From positions 30,938,001 to 31,002,000 of the forward strand of contig OZ365113.1 in assembly GCA_977030845.1 (NCBI GenBank): DNA of 64,000 nucleotides, written 5' to 3'. A model generated the notes under the pieces. The model was not told where the DNA came from. It searched no databases and saw nothing but the letters and a program-made list of their open reading frames with translations. A program made the position numbers and the translations under genes. Shown piece by piece: positions 30,160 to 50,692 of the stretch; position 1 is the stretch's first letter, and each line of letters begins with the position of its first letter. This stretch comes from Fimbriosthenelais zetlandica (Eukaryota).

Positions 30160-33100
30160 ATGGAGGTAGAGGTCATCTTTGCCATCTTGGCATTCATTTT
30201 AGCACTTATGTACCTTTATAATCTACTGGACAGAACAAGGCAAATTTTCTCCAAGATTCCTGGACCTAAAACCCTTCCAATAGTGGGCAATGCTCACCTA
30301 TTAAAACCTGATGGACATGGTAAGTGACCCGACTACATATATAGCCTTGAAATTTTGCTTACCTGTCCTATATATTGACTTGACCCCTTTAGACGATTAT
30401 AACTGATAGTCCTGGGGATGGGGTGGTGGGAGGGGGGGGGGGTGCATGTTATTACTAACAATGTAGGATCAGAAGTAGGACCAACTGATGTACGTGTAGG
30501 ACCGTCCTACATTAGGAAAATCCTACTTCAATCCTGCATTAGTAATATCCCCCACTGGGCCTTTTATGTTGGACATAATATCCCCACTTCGAAATATACA
30601 AGTTATATACATTTTATTGTACCCCTGGATATTGTATTTTGAACACAGGCAATTATTAGAAATTATTATTAGAATTGACCCTAAACAATTTGGCCTTCTT
30701 GAGGACAAGAGAGATGCGGGTTTCTTTTAGTTTTTTACAGTGGACCAAAATTGGGGAAAGCACTTTAAGACAAATCCGGTATTAATTATATTATCAGGCC
30801 TATACTTATATTAGTTATATCGATGATAAGCTTCTGACAACTCGTATGATCATATCGTGTTGTTTTTCATTTCCACCTATAGAATTCTTCGAACAGATGA
30901 TAAAGTTTTCGGAAGACCATGGCCCGGTGTTCAAATTACTGATCGGTAATTTCCCACTTGTATTTCTGAGCGGCCCTGAAGAAGTGGAGGTGGGTAAATT
31001 ATATGGATATAAAATGTTTAAACAAGTTTTAAATAATGGCAGTTTTTTATACGCTAAAATATATTGGAAATACTATAGGTATATTATTAGTAACTTTATT
31101 GTTTCCTCAGTTGGTCATAAAATCAACGAAGAACCTGACAAAAGCAAGGGACTACGACTTTATAAAACCTTGGCTTCGACTGGGACTTCTGACCAGGTAA
31201 GTTCTTCTATGGATCGTCCTCTATAATTATAGGCCTACTATGTTCTATCATGCATTTGCTTAGGCTTAATCTCCTTTGGGATAATACTGTAAACCTACTG
31301 TTCCTATTTAAGCTCTGGTGAAAAATGGAAATCAAGGAGGAAGATGTTGACGCCAACTTTCCATTTCCGGATCCTGAATGACTTCGTGCATGTCTTTAAT
31401 GAACAGGCTGACACCTTGATAGAGAGACTGGACCAAGTGTGTGCTAAAGGCCAAGGAGAGGTGGACATCTTTCCATATTTGACTCTGTGTGCTCTGGATA
31501 TTGTATGCGGTGAGATGACAATATTATTATTTAAAAAAGTAGATTCCCATAGCTGTGATACCAATGGAGATATATATTCCTCTCTTGATATAATTTAAAC
31601 CTTTTGTCTCTATTTTCTTTATTTTTCTTCTCATCAAAGCCAATTGAATATATCGCATTATTGTAAATATTATCTTGATACATGTATTTGGTTGGTTCTT
31701 TTGTAACACTCTATAGAGGCGGCCATGGGAAAGGCGGTTAATGCCCAGCGATCTGAGGGAGATTCGGAATATGTCCAAGCCGTTTATGAGTAGGTAACAT
31801 TCCTCCTTTGTTTTCTCTCGATTTAGGTGAAGATTCGCTTTATTTGTCCTTAGTAACTTTTGGAAAATTCAGTTCTGTATATGTCAAGATGCAGTCCCCA
31901 GCAAGTCTAAAGAAATGAGTCCATGCACTCACTTCCCCACTCGATCCCCATCCCTTTCTTGTATATTTGATATACATGCATGTACAGCTAATTCATGCAC
32001 CCATGTCTGATCATTTCAGCTTGTCGATTCTTATTATGGAGCGAAGCAAAACGCTTTACCTGCGACCGGACTTCCTTTTCAATCTATCCCCACAAGGACG
32101 AGCGCAGAAAAAATGTCTCAATATTCTGCATGGTTTTACTAGGAATGTAGGTAGCCAATACAACATGAAATCATCAGAATTTAAAATAAAGATAAAATTC
32201 TAATTGAAATTGCAGATTGGACTTTTACATTTTCAAAGCATTTCAAACAAATGTATAATGCAGGTGATTGTAGAACGTGACAGAGAGATGAGAGAGTCGC
32301 CTGAGAGTTTCAGTTTGGATGAGGCTTCCGAGGATGAGGATGTGATGAGGCCTAGAAAAGCTCGGAGACTGGCCTTCCTCGACCTATTACTGGACATGTC
32401 CCGAGACGCGGCTCTCACTTATGATGACATCCAGGAAGAAGTGGACACCTTCATGTTTGAGGTCAGATATTTTAATCCACTATTTCCAGATATTTAAATG
32501 TGTGGTTCGTGGGGCTCAGCAGTGGCGGAACCAATTGTTTTAGATTAGTAGGCCTGATTTTTAGAAACCTGTTTTACAGGCACATACAAAATATATGTAT
32601 TAAATTATAAAGCCGTCTGATATAGTGATAATATAATTATTTCATATAAAACAGGGCCATGATACAACAGCCGCGGCTATGACCTGGGCTATGTACTTAA
32701 TTGGCAGTCATCCAGCAGTGCAGAAGAAAATTCATGAAGAAATAGATGGCATCTTTGGTGGAAGTAACCGACCTTTTACCATGGCTGACATCCGTGGTCT
32801 CAAGTACCTGGAATCTGTCATCAAGGAGACCCTGCGGATTCTACCCTCTGTTGGTAACTTCGCTCGAAATCTGGACGAAGATACAGAGATTGGTATGTTT
32901 CTCAATATTTTGCATTTTAATCTGAGGCCTGCACCTCTGAATAAGCATCGCGAGTTCTGTATTTTCGTTTGTAACTTTAATTCATTTATATCTTTATATT
33001 CATAGGTGGATACCACGTACCAAAGGGTACATCGGTGTTTGTGATGATAGCAGCAATGCATCGTAATCCCCAACTGTTTCCCGATCCGTTGAAATTTGAC

Positions 33101-33525
33101 CCGGAGCGCTTCAGCAAGGAAAACAATGTGTCGAGGCATCCCTTTGCATACATTCCCTTTTCTGCTGGTCCCAGAAATTGCATTGGTAAGTGGTAGCTAT
33201 TCATAATATGCCATCCAGATTTTATTTTTTCCCTTTTCCCCTATGTGAAAATTGCAGCATGGATTGTAGGCAAATGCTGGCATGAATATAAGTTGGTTTT
33301 TTAAATACGAAAAGAAAGGAATATGTGGTCCATAAAAGATTTCTCTGGCTTTCAGGACAGAAGTTTGCTCTGAATGAGGAGAAGGTGATTCTGGGCTCCA
33401 TCTTGAGGAGATTTCATATAGAGTCGACTCAGAAATGGGATGAGATAAAACCTGAGATGGCCTTAATAGTGAGACCCGCGGACGGCATCAAGCTGAAAAT
33501 ATCACATCGGGTGAAGGGTGCTTAA
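30160..33525 (+). CDS. Cytochrome P450, CYP4 clan (CYP4V/CYP4C-like), about 511 aa, 10 exons
   Basis: Exons 30160-30319, 30883-30989, 31111-31196, 31313-31509, 31717-31789, 32020-32146, 32264-32461, 32655-32892, 33006-33185, 33356-33525. N-terminal anchor + PGP hinge, [47 protein letters not shown]. Confidence 0.96.
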
Positions 33526-34351
33526 TTAGATATACCTATACACCCTATCACTTTAATTAAATTAAACTTCAAAGACTTTTATAGTCCTTTCATGACTTCT
33601 ATCATGCAGAAGTCGCTATTAACTTCAATTTAAACCCTTTCAAAATACAATTTTAACTATATTCGTGTATTTAGTTATTTTTGAACTCGTAAGTTTCATC
33701 TGGTGCTGATAACGCTGATTCTATATTGTCAAAGAGTAGAATCATACTCTTTGATATTGTCTGGATCAGCACTAGTATTGGGCGCGAAATTTATTCCGCT
33801 ACCGACCCGCCACCACTCGCCAGATACCGGAACTACCTATCTAGGTCAGGCGGAAGTTGTAACTGGGTCAACTTCTGACCAGAGTCATCGAGTTGGTCCC
33901 TGGAGTAAAGGATTTTGTCATAATTCTGAGGTAAATAGGCTTTATTGTATTCACTTTGTTGTTTCAATATATTAGGCAGTTGTCTGAGGATGTGTAAGAG
34001 AAAAGGAATGGCACTGACGAGCGTTGGTTTCTGTTTAAATAGTGTCCAGACCTTTGTCTTTGTTAAGTAGACAAGCCTTGTCCACTGCCACTCAGCCTGC
34101 CTCTCAGCCCACTGCACTGGCACTGAATCTGAGAGTGAGACTGATGTGGGATGGGTCTCGGTATATGTTAACTTGTAGGCCTACCGTACATTGTGTATTG
34201 ACAAAAGTCTACATGTGTGTACCTACCTTCAAACTATTTTAATTCCAAAAAATTGCAGTGGGAAGCATAACAAGTAACAACTATAATAGGTATATCATTT
34301 AGGCCTATAAATACCGGTACCAAGGTTGTGGTTTAGGCTAAATATAACTTA

Positions 34352-34409
34352 AAATAAATAATTAAATAAAGTTTGGCATCTATGCCAAACTTTATTTAAT
34401 TATTTATTT
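34352..34409. repeat. AT-rich perfect palindrome (28-bp arms, 2-nt loop)
   Basis: AAATAAATAATTAAATAAAGTTTGGCAT-CT-ATGCCAAACTTTATTTAATTATTTATTT. Confidence 0.9.
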
Positions 34410-35785
34410 GTTTATTATTAACATTTCGGTACGACTGAATTCCTTTGAAGCGGTCATGTTGAAGGCATGTTCAGCAAACCTTGAAATGTAGGCTAACCCA
34501 TCTCTCTTATGATTCTCCCCTCTGAACCCCCTCCAGTCCCCACTGTCAGATCTGACTCATTGTATTCCCCCATCTTGAGGTCATGCACTAGATCATCCCA
34601 CCCACATCATGTACAGTCAAGACATAGGTATTAGCTTGACGCTCACCTCCTATACCTGGGTTTAATAATCATAAAGTGTCACTGTGTAGGCCTACCTACC
34701 CCAAATATACCCTACCTACTCAGGCTACTGTCCCCTAATGTGTATAATATGCCATCCAGATTTCTTTCCCTTTTTTCCCCACGTCAATACAGAATTATAG
34801 AATGCTCAATTTTAGAGACATATATAATATATGCAGCAGTTCATTACTTTCTGAAGTCTGAGTCATAAGAATTTTTCAGTTCATAAGTTATTTTATTTAT
34901 AAATATATTTATTTGATGTTGATCGACTTACATGAGCTGAAAAGTTTCCCAAATGTAAAAGTAGTTTCAATAGACATAACCATACATTGCCCAAGGTAAC
35001 TTTCCTATAAAGGTTTCTCGGAATCTGGGGACTGAGTCATCAAATGCTGGAGTAAAGATCATATGACTTGCCTGGGTATCCCTATTTTTAGATCCACCCC
35101 CGTTTATTGCTTCTATAAATAGCTCGTGTAGCTATTTTTATCCCAGAACTCAATGTGCCACTACGTCATCTCCCTCATTGACGTACATCTGACATGGGGT
35201 TGTGACGTGAGGCATAATCATAATGTGGGGATTTTGTAATCACACACATTATATAGTGGTGGATGTTGACATGTAACTCTCACATATATGTGTTAGAAAG
35301 GCTTGGACTCAGACCACTGTACAACACACCTCCTGAGGGATTTAGACTTTACATTGAGACTTAAAGTAAGTGTTCTTGGATTTAATGAGAGGGCACTGTT
35401 CAACCAGTGGAAAATCTAAAGCTTACCTAGTATTTGTGAAGGAATGAAAATACCGGAGAATTTTTTATACTAAAGTGGAAATATACTATCTGCATTATAA
35501 TTGGAGATTTGTGGGGGGGGGGGGGGGGGGGGGGGATTAGGAAAGGGTGTCTTACAAAATTATTTTAGATTATGATCCCTTCAATTTCCTAATTTCATTT
35601 CTACCCATTTTACCTACCTACATGTATACATGTATACGTGTGGACTGATTGATTTATTGATTTATTTTTTCATTCAAGTTCCTGGATATACACTAGATTG
35701 TATTTCTAGTAGCAAAATGTTACATACTGGACAAACATATATATAGGTCATATTTATTGTCCTTGCAGGCAGATTGGCAGACACA

Positions 35786-43432
<7,647 letters not shown>

Positions 43433-45818
43433 ACGCACCCAGGTAGACTGAACATCATCCTATAGTACATACCAACCACAACCACAAAGTGCATTTCTAA
43501 TGTCCAGTCCCAAAGGAGGCATTCATGCAGGAGGCAATTTCTTCTTTTTTTGAAAGAGCCAAACTGTTTAAAATTTATTCCGCTAGTTTTGATCAGAAAG
43601 GAAATTTTATGAAGCGCTCGTTTGTAATACTCGGAGTTAGTGATACTGTAGGTGTCCGTGGGATTATGAGCATAGTTGGAAGTACGTTTTAGATTTGATT
43701 ACATACCCGATCATCAGAGTTAAATGATGGCTCTCGTTCAACTCATGTCTCACTCCACGCACATTGAGAGATCGGCTGATCTTAGTTGGGATTATTTAAA
43801 GTCATGAAAAGACTTCGTAGTACCCTAATGAAAGGGTGGGGTGTCTGTGTTAGTGTCATTAAATAATGTCTTAAACTTAAACTAGTGAACAAATTGCTAC
43901 TATAGCTCTATAAATATAGAGTAAGTTCGGTCTTGGGGTAGGGGAAATACACTGGATTTGTATAAAATATTTTCTGATTTGATTGCTAAAATTTGGATGG
44001 GACATTTGGATACTGAGATACTTTGGGAAAAGGAAAGTTATTGCGATATACTCTGCCTCATTGAGCTTCAGTCGAATGAAAATGAATCTTAAATGACCAC
44101 TTTACATGTCGTGCCCCAGCATCTCTCATATCCAGGCACTCCCTCCTCTCTTAGATCCTATCTGTGTAATGAAATGAAAGAAGTTATTCCTAAAGTTAAA
44201 GTTACTGTTCTCATTATGTGTGACACTTCCATATAGTTCTCATTATGCCATGAAACAAACAAACTGCTGGTGGAAGGGTTATGCATCATGAACCGTTTTT
44301 AAGATGACTGTCCTCTACTTAGCCACCTAGTGCTATCCATTATACGGGTTAAATAACGTACTTGCCTTTTAGCATTGTGCATCATGTATAATCGTAGAAG
44401 TATAATTCTTGAATAATTCTTCTTCCGCCTAAGAGATTATTTAATAGGTAAGAAACTGTTAAAAACAATGCAGCAGTACCGTAATATGCATAAAAATATG
44501 TTTAAATTTACAGAGAAATACCTGCCTTATGGTATTTCTTGTTACTAATGTTTCCCTAAAGATGTGAATTAATATGAGGTTGTTGTTGAGAGTCAACCTC
44601 AAATTAAAGATATGTTGTTTTATTAATGTGGTCCGCACTAGTGTCCATTCTTCTGCCTCTTTGCGACTAGTTCTAAGGTGCTATGGTAATAATTCTATAT
44701 ACTAACGTTGTGTAAACCCATAAAAGTGTAAGTGACATAATCATTACCTCGGTACATTAAATAACATTTAATGTACATTAAAAAGTGCCATTAAAAATAA
44801 CTACTCCAATTTAGATCTGATTCCTAGCAGTTCTTCGGGAATTTTGATGAGTCAATAATTTCCTTGCCTCATTCTAGTCTTTTGGACAAACCTCTTATTT
44901 AGCTAAAATAAGTCTAGATGTAGAAATTATCTATGACAGGTCGGAAATGACCAATATATATTGCTCAATTTGTTTTAAATAAGAAAATATAGAATTATTT
45001 TCTAACAAATGTATTGAAATGATGAGCACCCGATCTTGAGATGAAGGTAAAGGATCCATGATCCCGCCTATGACGATTTCTTTATTTTTCCCCATTTTAT
45101 TTGTTAAATCTCTTCATATGTAGCAACTCAGATCTTTGAGTTTCATGTATTCCATCATTTGCGTCGTCCCAGAAATGGTTCCTTTATTAACACTACCCAA
45201 ACTATAAGAGATTATGTACCATTCCTTTTCAATGATCTTCATTTGTATTCCTGGAAAGTATCCTTGCTCTGTTTTTTTGCTACCAAGTAGAAACCAAAGA
45301 AAGAAACTAGCTTGAATGCATTATTTTCTGCATGTTTTCTCATTTTATTTTCCTATTATTTCTGAACATCATATAGGCTGGGAGTCATCAAGATATATAT
45401 ATTTTTCGTGAACGTGCAAGAAGGGCCATCAAGTAAGAGGTATATATATTTGTAATATTAAGTCGTTACCTCGTTTTCATTCCTGTCCTAAACTTGTTGA
45501 ATTAAATTTGTTTCGCTTTGCTTCTGCAAACTATAGATGCATGTCGGTGGAACACTGATCACATAATGTTAAAATAAAGAGTTCTAAGTTAAGTCTGTTT
45601 CAATGTTTTTATTTCTTACTAATTTTTACACATTGACCTAATTAATATATAAGACAAGTACAATTACAATGTTATATTAATATCATCTATGTACATGATA
45701 TTATTGTATTTACATAGAGTTATTAATTTATTCCGCACTTTCAACTGTGTACATGTAATGTGTGGGAACATGGCCATATAAATACTCTACATGATGGCTG
45801 ATAGGTACAGATGGAAAG

Positions 45819-46165
45819 CTATAAAACAGCGGGATATTCAATAATATTTACTAGTTGTCGCTTCTCATCAGGATCCGAAGCACCTCTCCCTTGTTTCCCA
45901 CACTCTTGCATGTTAACATTAATTAGGCCTACCATTTTATTGAAATACTCTCGGAGCGTATCTGTATTCCCATCGTACCTTGCTTTCAAATCCAAGATCA
46001 AATTCGAATACTTTTTCAGCATTTTTGGAAAAATGGGTGTCCTTTTCTAGTCAGTCATTTTCTTGTCACTGAGGATGATATTGGTGGTAATTGAAAGTCT
46101 GGACCAGACTAATGCAACTCCACTATCTTGCTTCCATCGTCGGCTATAGGTCCATATAGAAAAAC
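45819..46165 (-). pseudogene. Possible relic third copy of the secreted His-rich family (exon-2 start only)
   Basis: TTTTTCTAT-ATGGACCTATAGCCGACGATGGA-AGCAAGATAGTGGAGTTG resembles TTTTTCTAG-ACGAACCTATAGTTGAAGAGGATGGA...AAGATAGTGGAGTTG of the adjacent gene; acceptor AG is lost and an early stop follows. Confidence 0.35.
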
Positions 46166-46292
46166 GTTTTCTTCTTCATTTAATAGCTATGTATATTAAG
46201 GTATTTGGACTATCCATTCCTGTTTTGAATGTCTTAGTAATATGAGGAAGTCGGTTTATTGCTGTGATATGCTCAGTATTGCAGACTGCTGT

Positions 46293-47281
46293 TTAAGTCA
46301 TATCCATGGACGTACTACTGCTAGCAGCCTTCTTGTAGTACTTGAACATCCTGTGATTATTAGTGTTACACCTGAAGGTCAGGTGTGGGCCGTGATGGTG
46401 GGGTCGGGGGTGATAATGGTGAGGTTTTTTAATGTACAGATTCAGTGGATGAGCACGGTTACTCGAGCTGGAACTTGAAGATCCAGAAGATCCCGATGAC
46501 GAACTTCCATCGCCCTCCTCTATCTTGGTTATCACCGATTCATGATTGTCAGCGTTACAACCAAAATCGAGTGATACCGGTTTGTGGTGGCTGATGTGGT
46601 GATGATGGTGGGATTGGTGGCCATGGTGCTGATGTCCATGGTGATGATGACCATATTGATGACTACTATGATGGTGATGGTGTCCACCGTGATGTCCATG
46701 ATGTCCATGGCCATGGCCATGATGTCGATGATGTCCCCAGTCATCCAATGGCTGTTCCAATCCTTCCCCTGCCTCGAGAATATCAATAATCTCTTTAACA
46801 CTTCTTGCACTTTTGTCCTCTTCGTCCTTCATTTCGTCTGCTGTTGGTCTCTGTGGACCCAGCCTCACATACCTGCCTTCTGGTTGTCTCATGTTGCTGT
46901 AGTCTTCTTCATTCTCTTGGGTGGTGTTGTCCATCTCTGTTAGGATGTTTCCTTTAAACTTGATGTATGGGACATGTGTGACCACTCCATGTATAGCAAT
47001 ATCCACTGTCAACTCCACTATCTTGGGTACCAGTCCATCCTCTTCAACTATAGGTTCGTCTAGAAAAAAAATTGGTTCATTTATCATGTACCTATACAAT
47101 CAATTGGATACATTGTACATAACTTATCAGGAAATTTTCAAACCTCACTAATTCACATATTTGCACTAGTCTATCAATACGCCAATTCCTTACCTTCAGG
47201 GACCTCACATTTATCGGCGTCTGTATCGTGGGGATTGCATCCACCCAACAACAAAAGAAACACTAGCAGTAATCGTTCCAT
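46293..47281 (-). CDS. Secreted His-rich protein 1 (unknown family), about 284 aa, 2 exons
   Basis: Exon 1 47194-47281 (signal peptide MERLLLVFLLLLGGC..), exon 2 46293-47059, phase-1 intron. About 31 His in about 50 residues, then PVSLDFGCN, a poly-Ser linker, and PLNLYIKKPHH..PHHHGPHLTFRCN. Confidence 0.85.
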
Positions 47282-48714
47282 TGTCTGTGAGAAGATTCCC
47301 GATTAAGTAGAGCCAGAACCTCTACCCATCTGTACTCCACAACTCGACTGTTAATACTAAATCTCATTATGTTCGCTCTCCAAATCCTATCCTGATCTTT
47401 TCCAAGATAGAGATGGGTCTGACTAACACATAGTTACATATGAACTCTGGGTTAATGTTGACCACCACTTGGTACTATCGTTTACTCTATGAAATATGAC
47501 TAAATGGGATTAACATAGCACCTTATCTCATACAGCCAGGCAGTGAGTAGTGCCATCAGTATAGCCAGTGGCACCATGGACTTCAGCATGGGCAATGCAG
47601 AGTTCATACAAGTTTGACGAACGGTCGCGAGACAATTAAAATCCCACTTAATGATCAGTCTGCTTCGCAAAATGGCCTCCCCCCTGCTGAGAGAGTAACG
47701 GTGTCAGAATTTGTTGTACTTTATTAGCCTCAATCGGTGATTTATTGGTTAATAAATTGGTGATAAATTTGAACAGAGACAGGTAATCTTTACCCCCAAC
47801 TCTAGACTTGTATGTAGCTAAATCATCCTGTCAGACATTGATGTTTTACATCATTAGGCCTATTTCTCCAGAATGGCTCACAACTCCAGTCACAGGATTG
47901 TCAGGCTTTTAGCTTTCTGGCTGAGGCAGGGTGTCAGTCGTCAGGCTTTCAAAACGATTCTGCTAGTGGAAAAATGACTGCATGTGTAGGGCCCACTTGT
48001 GTGTTCACACCAAGCCACTTCTATTAGCTGACCACACCACACCTCAACACAGATATGAAAAAATGTCTTAAATCAAATTCGTCCCACCAGACTCTATCTC
48101 TCTTTGTCTTTATCTTTCTTTCTCTTTCTCCATCCATCCACTGACATTCACTGCAACACAGACTACCCTTCCATTCAGTTCAGCAACTTCTAAAGAAATT
48201 TTAATTATCTTTTCAACTTTATTGAAATATTTTCTAAATTGACTTCGGTTTGCATTATTCCCTTACCTATAAATGTGGAAGGCATATGAGCGTGATATTT
48301 GGTTGCTGAATTGATTAGGTACACAGGCAGAGTGAATGTTGGTCAAATCTTGATGGTTCTGGTTGCGAGTCTCATGAAAAACTAATGTCTAATCTTCAAT
48401 TTTGATAAACCTAAACCTTGGCTTAATAATTATGGACTTTCATAATCGATAAAACTTAAATCATTCCTTTATTCATTCATTCTTGAGGCGTTGAATAACA
48501 TTCATTGGTCTTGTTGGTAAAACATAGCTGTAGAATCATTCAGAAAATTAGGATACTGGAGATAATACATCTAATAGATCAACAAGCATATATATTATAT
48601 ATAGTCAATATTGCAGACAGGTGTTCTGTTCTTTATAGGCTTATAAATGCTTTGGTAATGATTAATATCTTCAAAAGTCCTGTATCATGACAATTAGCCA
48701 ATGATGAGATTTTC

Positions 48715-49634
48715 TCAGTACCTCTTCTTGGTATATTTTCTGTAGACCTGATGGTTGTGAGCATTACATCTGAAGGTGAGGTGGGGTCCGTGGTGGTGGG
48801 GTCCCTGGGAATGATGAGGCTTCTTGATGAAGAGCGTCAGCGGACGACCTTCCTCACTGCTGCTAGAGGTCCTGCGGCGTCTTCGTCTCCGTCTCCGTCT
48901 TCGTCTTCCACCATGTCTTTCCTGGTCTTTGATTTTGATATCAACATTGTTATCAGTATTACATCCAAAATCCAAGGACACTGGTTGACGGTGGGATGCA
49001 GGATGTGATTGTTGCTGCTGGAAAAATTGTGCATCTCTTTTAGTCCTTCTTCGACCTTCATCATATACAGGGTCGTTTTCTTCCATGATATACTCAATTG
49101 CTTCTGTTAAATTGGCATATCCTTGATTCCCAGCAATGAGTGCAGAATACTCGTTCCCAGGATGATGGGACGGATTATGGTTTTTCTCGGGTAGATTTCT
49201 TGAGATATCCTCAACGTTTTTCTGAACTTTATGAAGGACCATGTTGATGGTAGGACCTGGATTTTCTCTGAGCTCCTGTAGTTTGCGAGGCGAGTTGTGA
49301 TCTTCAGATATCACTTCTTCGTCATTTACGTCTGTCACTGCTACCACTATCGGTACTGGAAATGAAAGTGAATAGTTATTCGTGTTCTTAAAGCAAAGAC
49401 CAAGGGAAAAAAAGATACAACACTTTAATATATTGTAATTTAGGAAAAATAGAATACCTGAAAAATAGAATACTTTTTTGTGAAGAAAAGCCGCTCAATG
49501 TTCATTTATGCAGACGTTACCAGCCTGGTATACTTACGTTTTCTTTTCCTGGAGTTAATTTGTGTTCCAGTTGGGTTAGAGAAACAATACGCGTATATCC
49601 CTACTAGGGAAAGCAGAACAAATTTTGAAATCAT
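48715..49634 (-). CDS. Secreted protein 2, paralog of His-rich protein 1, about 245 aa, 2 exons
   Basis: Exon 1 49538-49634 (signal peptide MISKFVLLSLVGIYAYCFS), exon 2 48715-49355, phase-1 intron. Furin-type RRRTKR, PVSLDFGCN, 12-Arg tract, PLTLFIKKPHH..PHHHGPHLTFRCN. TATATAAG upstream near 49780 on the minus strand. Confidence 0.85.
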
Positions 49635-50692
49635 TTCTTGGATCCCTCCACTGAATATGTATTATTGAAAGATGAAAAAGATGAAGTTAACTGGTCTTGT
49701 GGCGCAGATGTTCAGTTCACAATATGTGCTTTTAGACTTCAATTTGTAGGAATGATTCAGGTAACAATGAGCAGACCTTATATAAGCTGAACAGGAGTGG
49801 CAGGACATGACTTTTTATCTAAACATGACCATATATTTTATCTCACAAACATGCTTGACCCTAAACTGAATCTAATTGCCTCCAAGTATAAATCTTCCAG
49901 AATAGTATTTGATTATTCATTTGTTATGAATTATGACATTTCAAGCTAATTGCATGTCTCTACTTACATGAATTGTTGTAATTTATTAAGTCTAAGGCTA
50001 ATAACATTTTCGCAGTAGGCCTACATGTCAGGTACGGTAGATTTGATCGTGCAAACTATTAAAACAACACCCGGTAAATGAACGCAGAGAAAACTACTTA
50101 GATCAACAAAGCTGTTTTTCTTATTTACAGAGTAACCAGTTTTCTTCAATCAGTAAACAGACAGGGGAGACACTGGCATGGCAGAGATGGAACTCTTGGC
50201 GAAAAACTGGCGGGGAATGATCGAGAAATCTTATTCTGCAATGATTTATGTCAATCAATTTTGCATATTATATGAAATGTATATTGACTGACGTCATCAA
50301 AAGTTTAAGATATTGTCTGAGGACTCAGCTTGAGCAGGACAATTGAAACTGGACCCTCTTGTCATGGCATTGAATAAGGTATTTGATTACGTCTCTTCAC
50401 CATTTACCTTCTACATAATATTATTTATTTTGAATAATAGGCCTATAATATTCGAATGTCTAACCTGTACCAGGTAGAAATGAAAATGTCTCTCCGCTTT
50501 CATGAGACACACCTATGATCACTTTTGTATAAATGGCCATCCCTAGCAGTTTATCGTTGCTATTGAGGCAATCCTTGGATTTTCAGACAACTTTGTATTT
50601 TTACTGGAAGATTAATTCTTGGACTTCATAATATAATAGACCTAATTAAGGGACTCAAAATAGACCGACCAAGCGTTTCAAACTCTCGAGCC

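Noticed and set aside
31111-31196. [11 protein letters not shown] instead of the usual PWLGxGLL
   Set aside because: Single substitution; all heme and I-helix motifs are intact, so not enough to suggest novelty.
46293-49634. Homology to sea-urchin Sp185/333 (Transformer) immune genes
   Set aside because: Only the two-exon layout and His richness are shared; no Gly-rich/RGD element pattern recognised.
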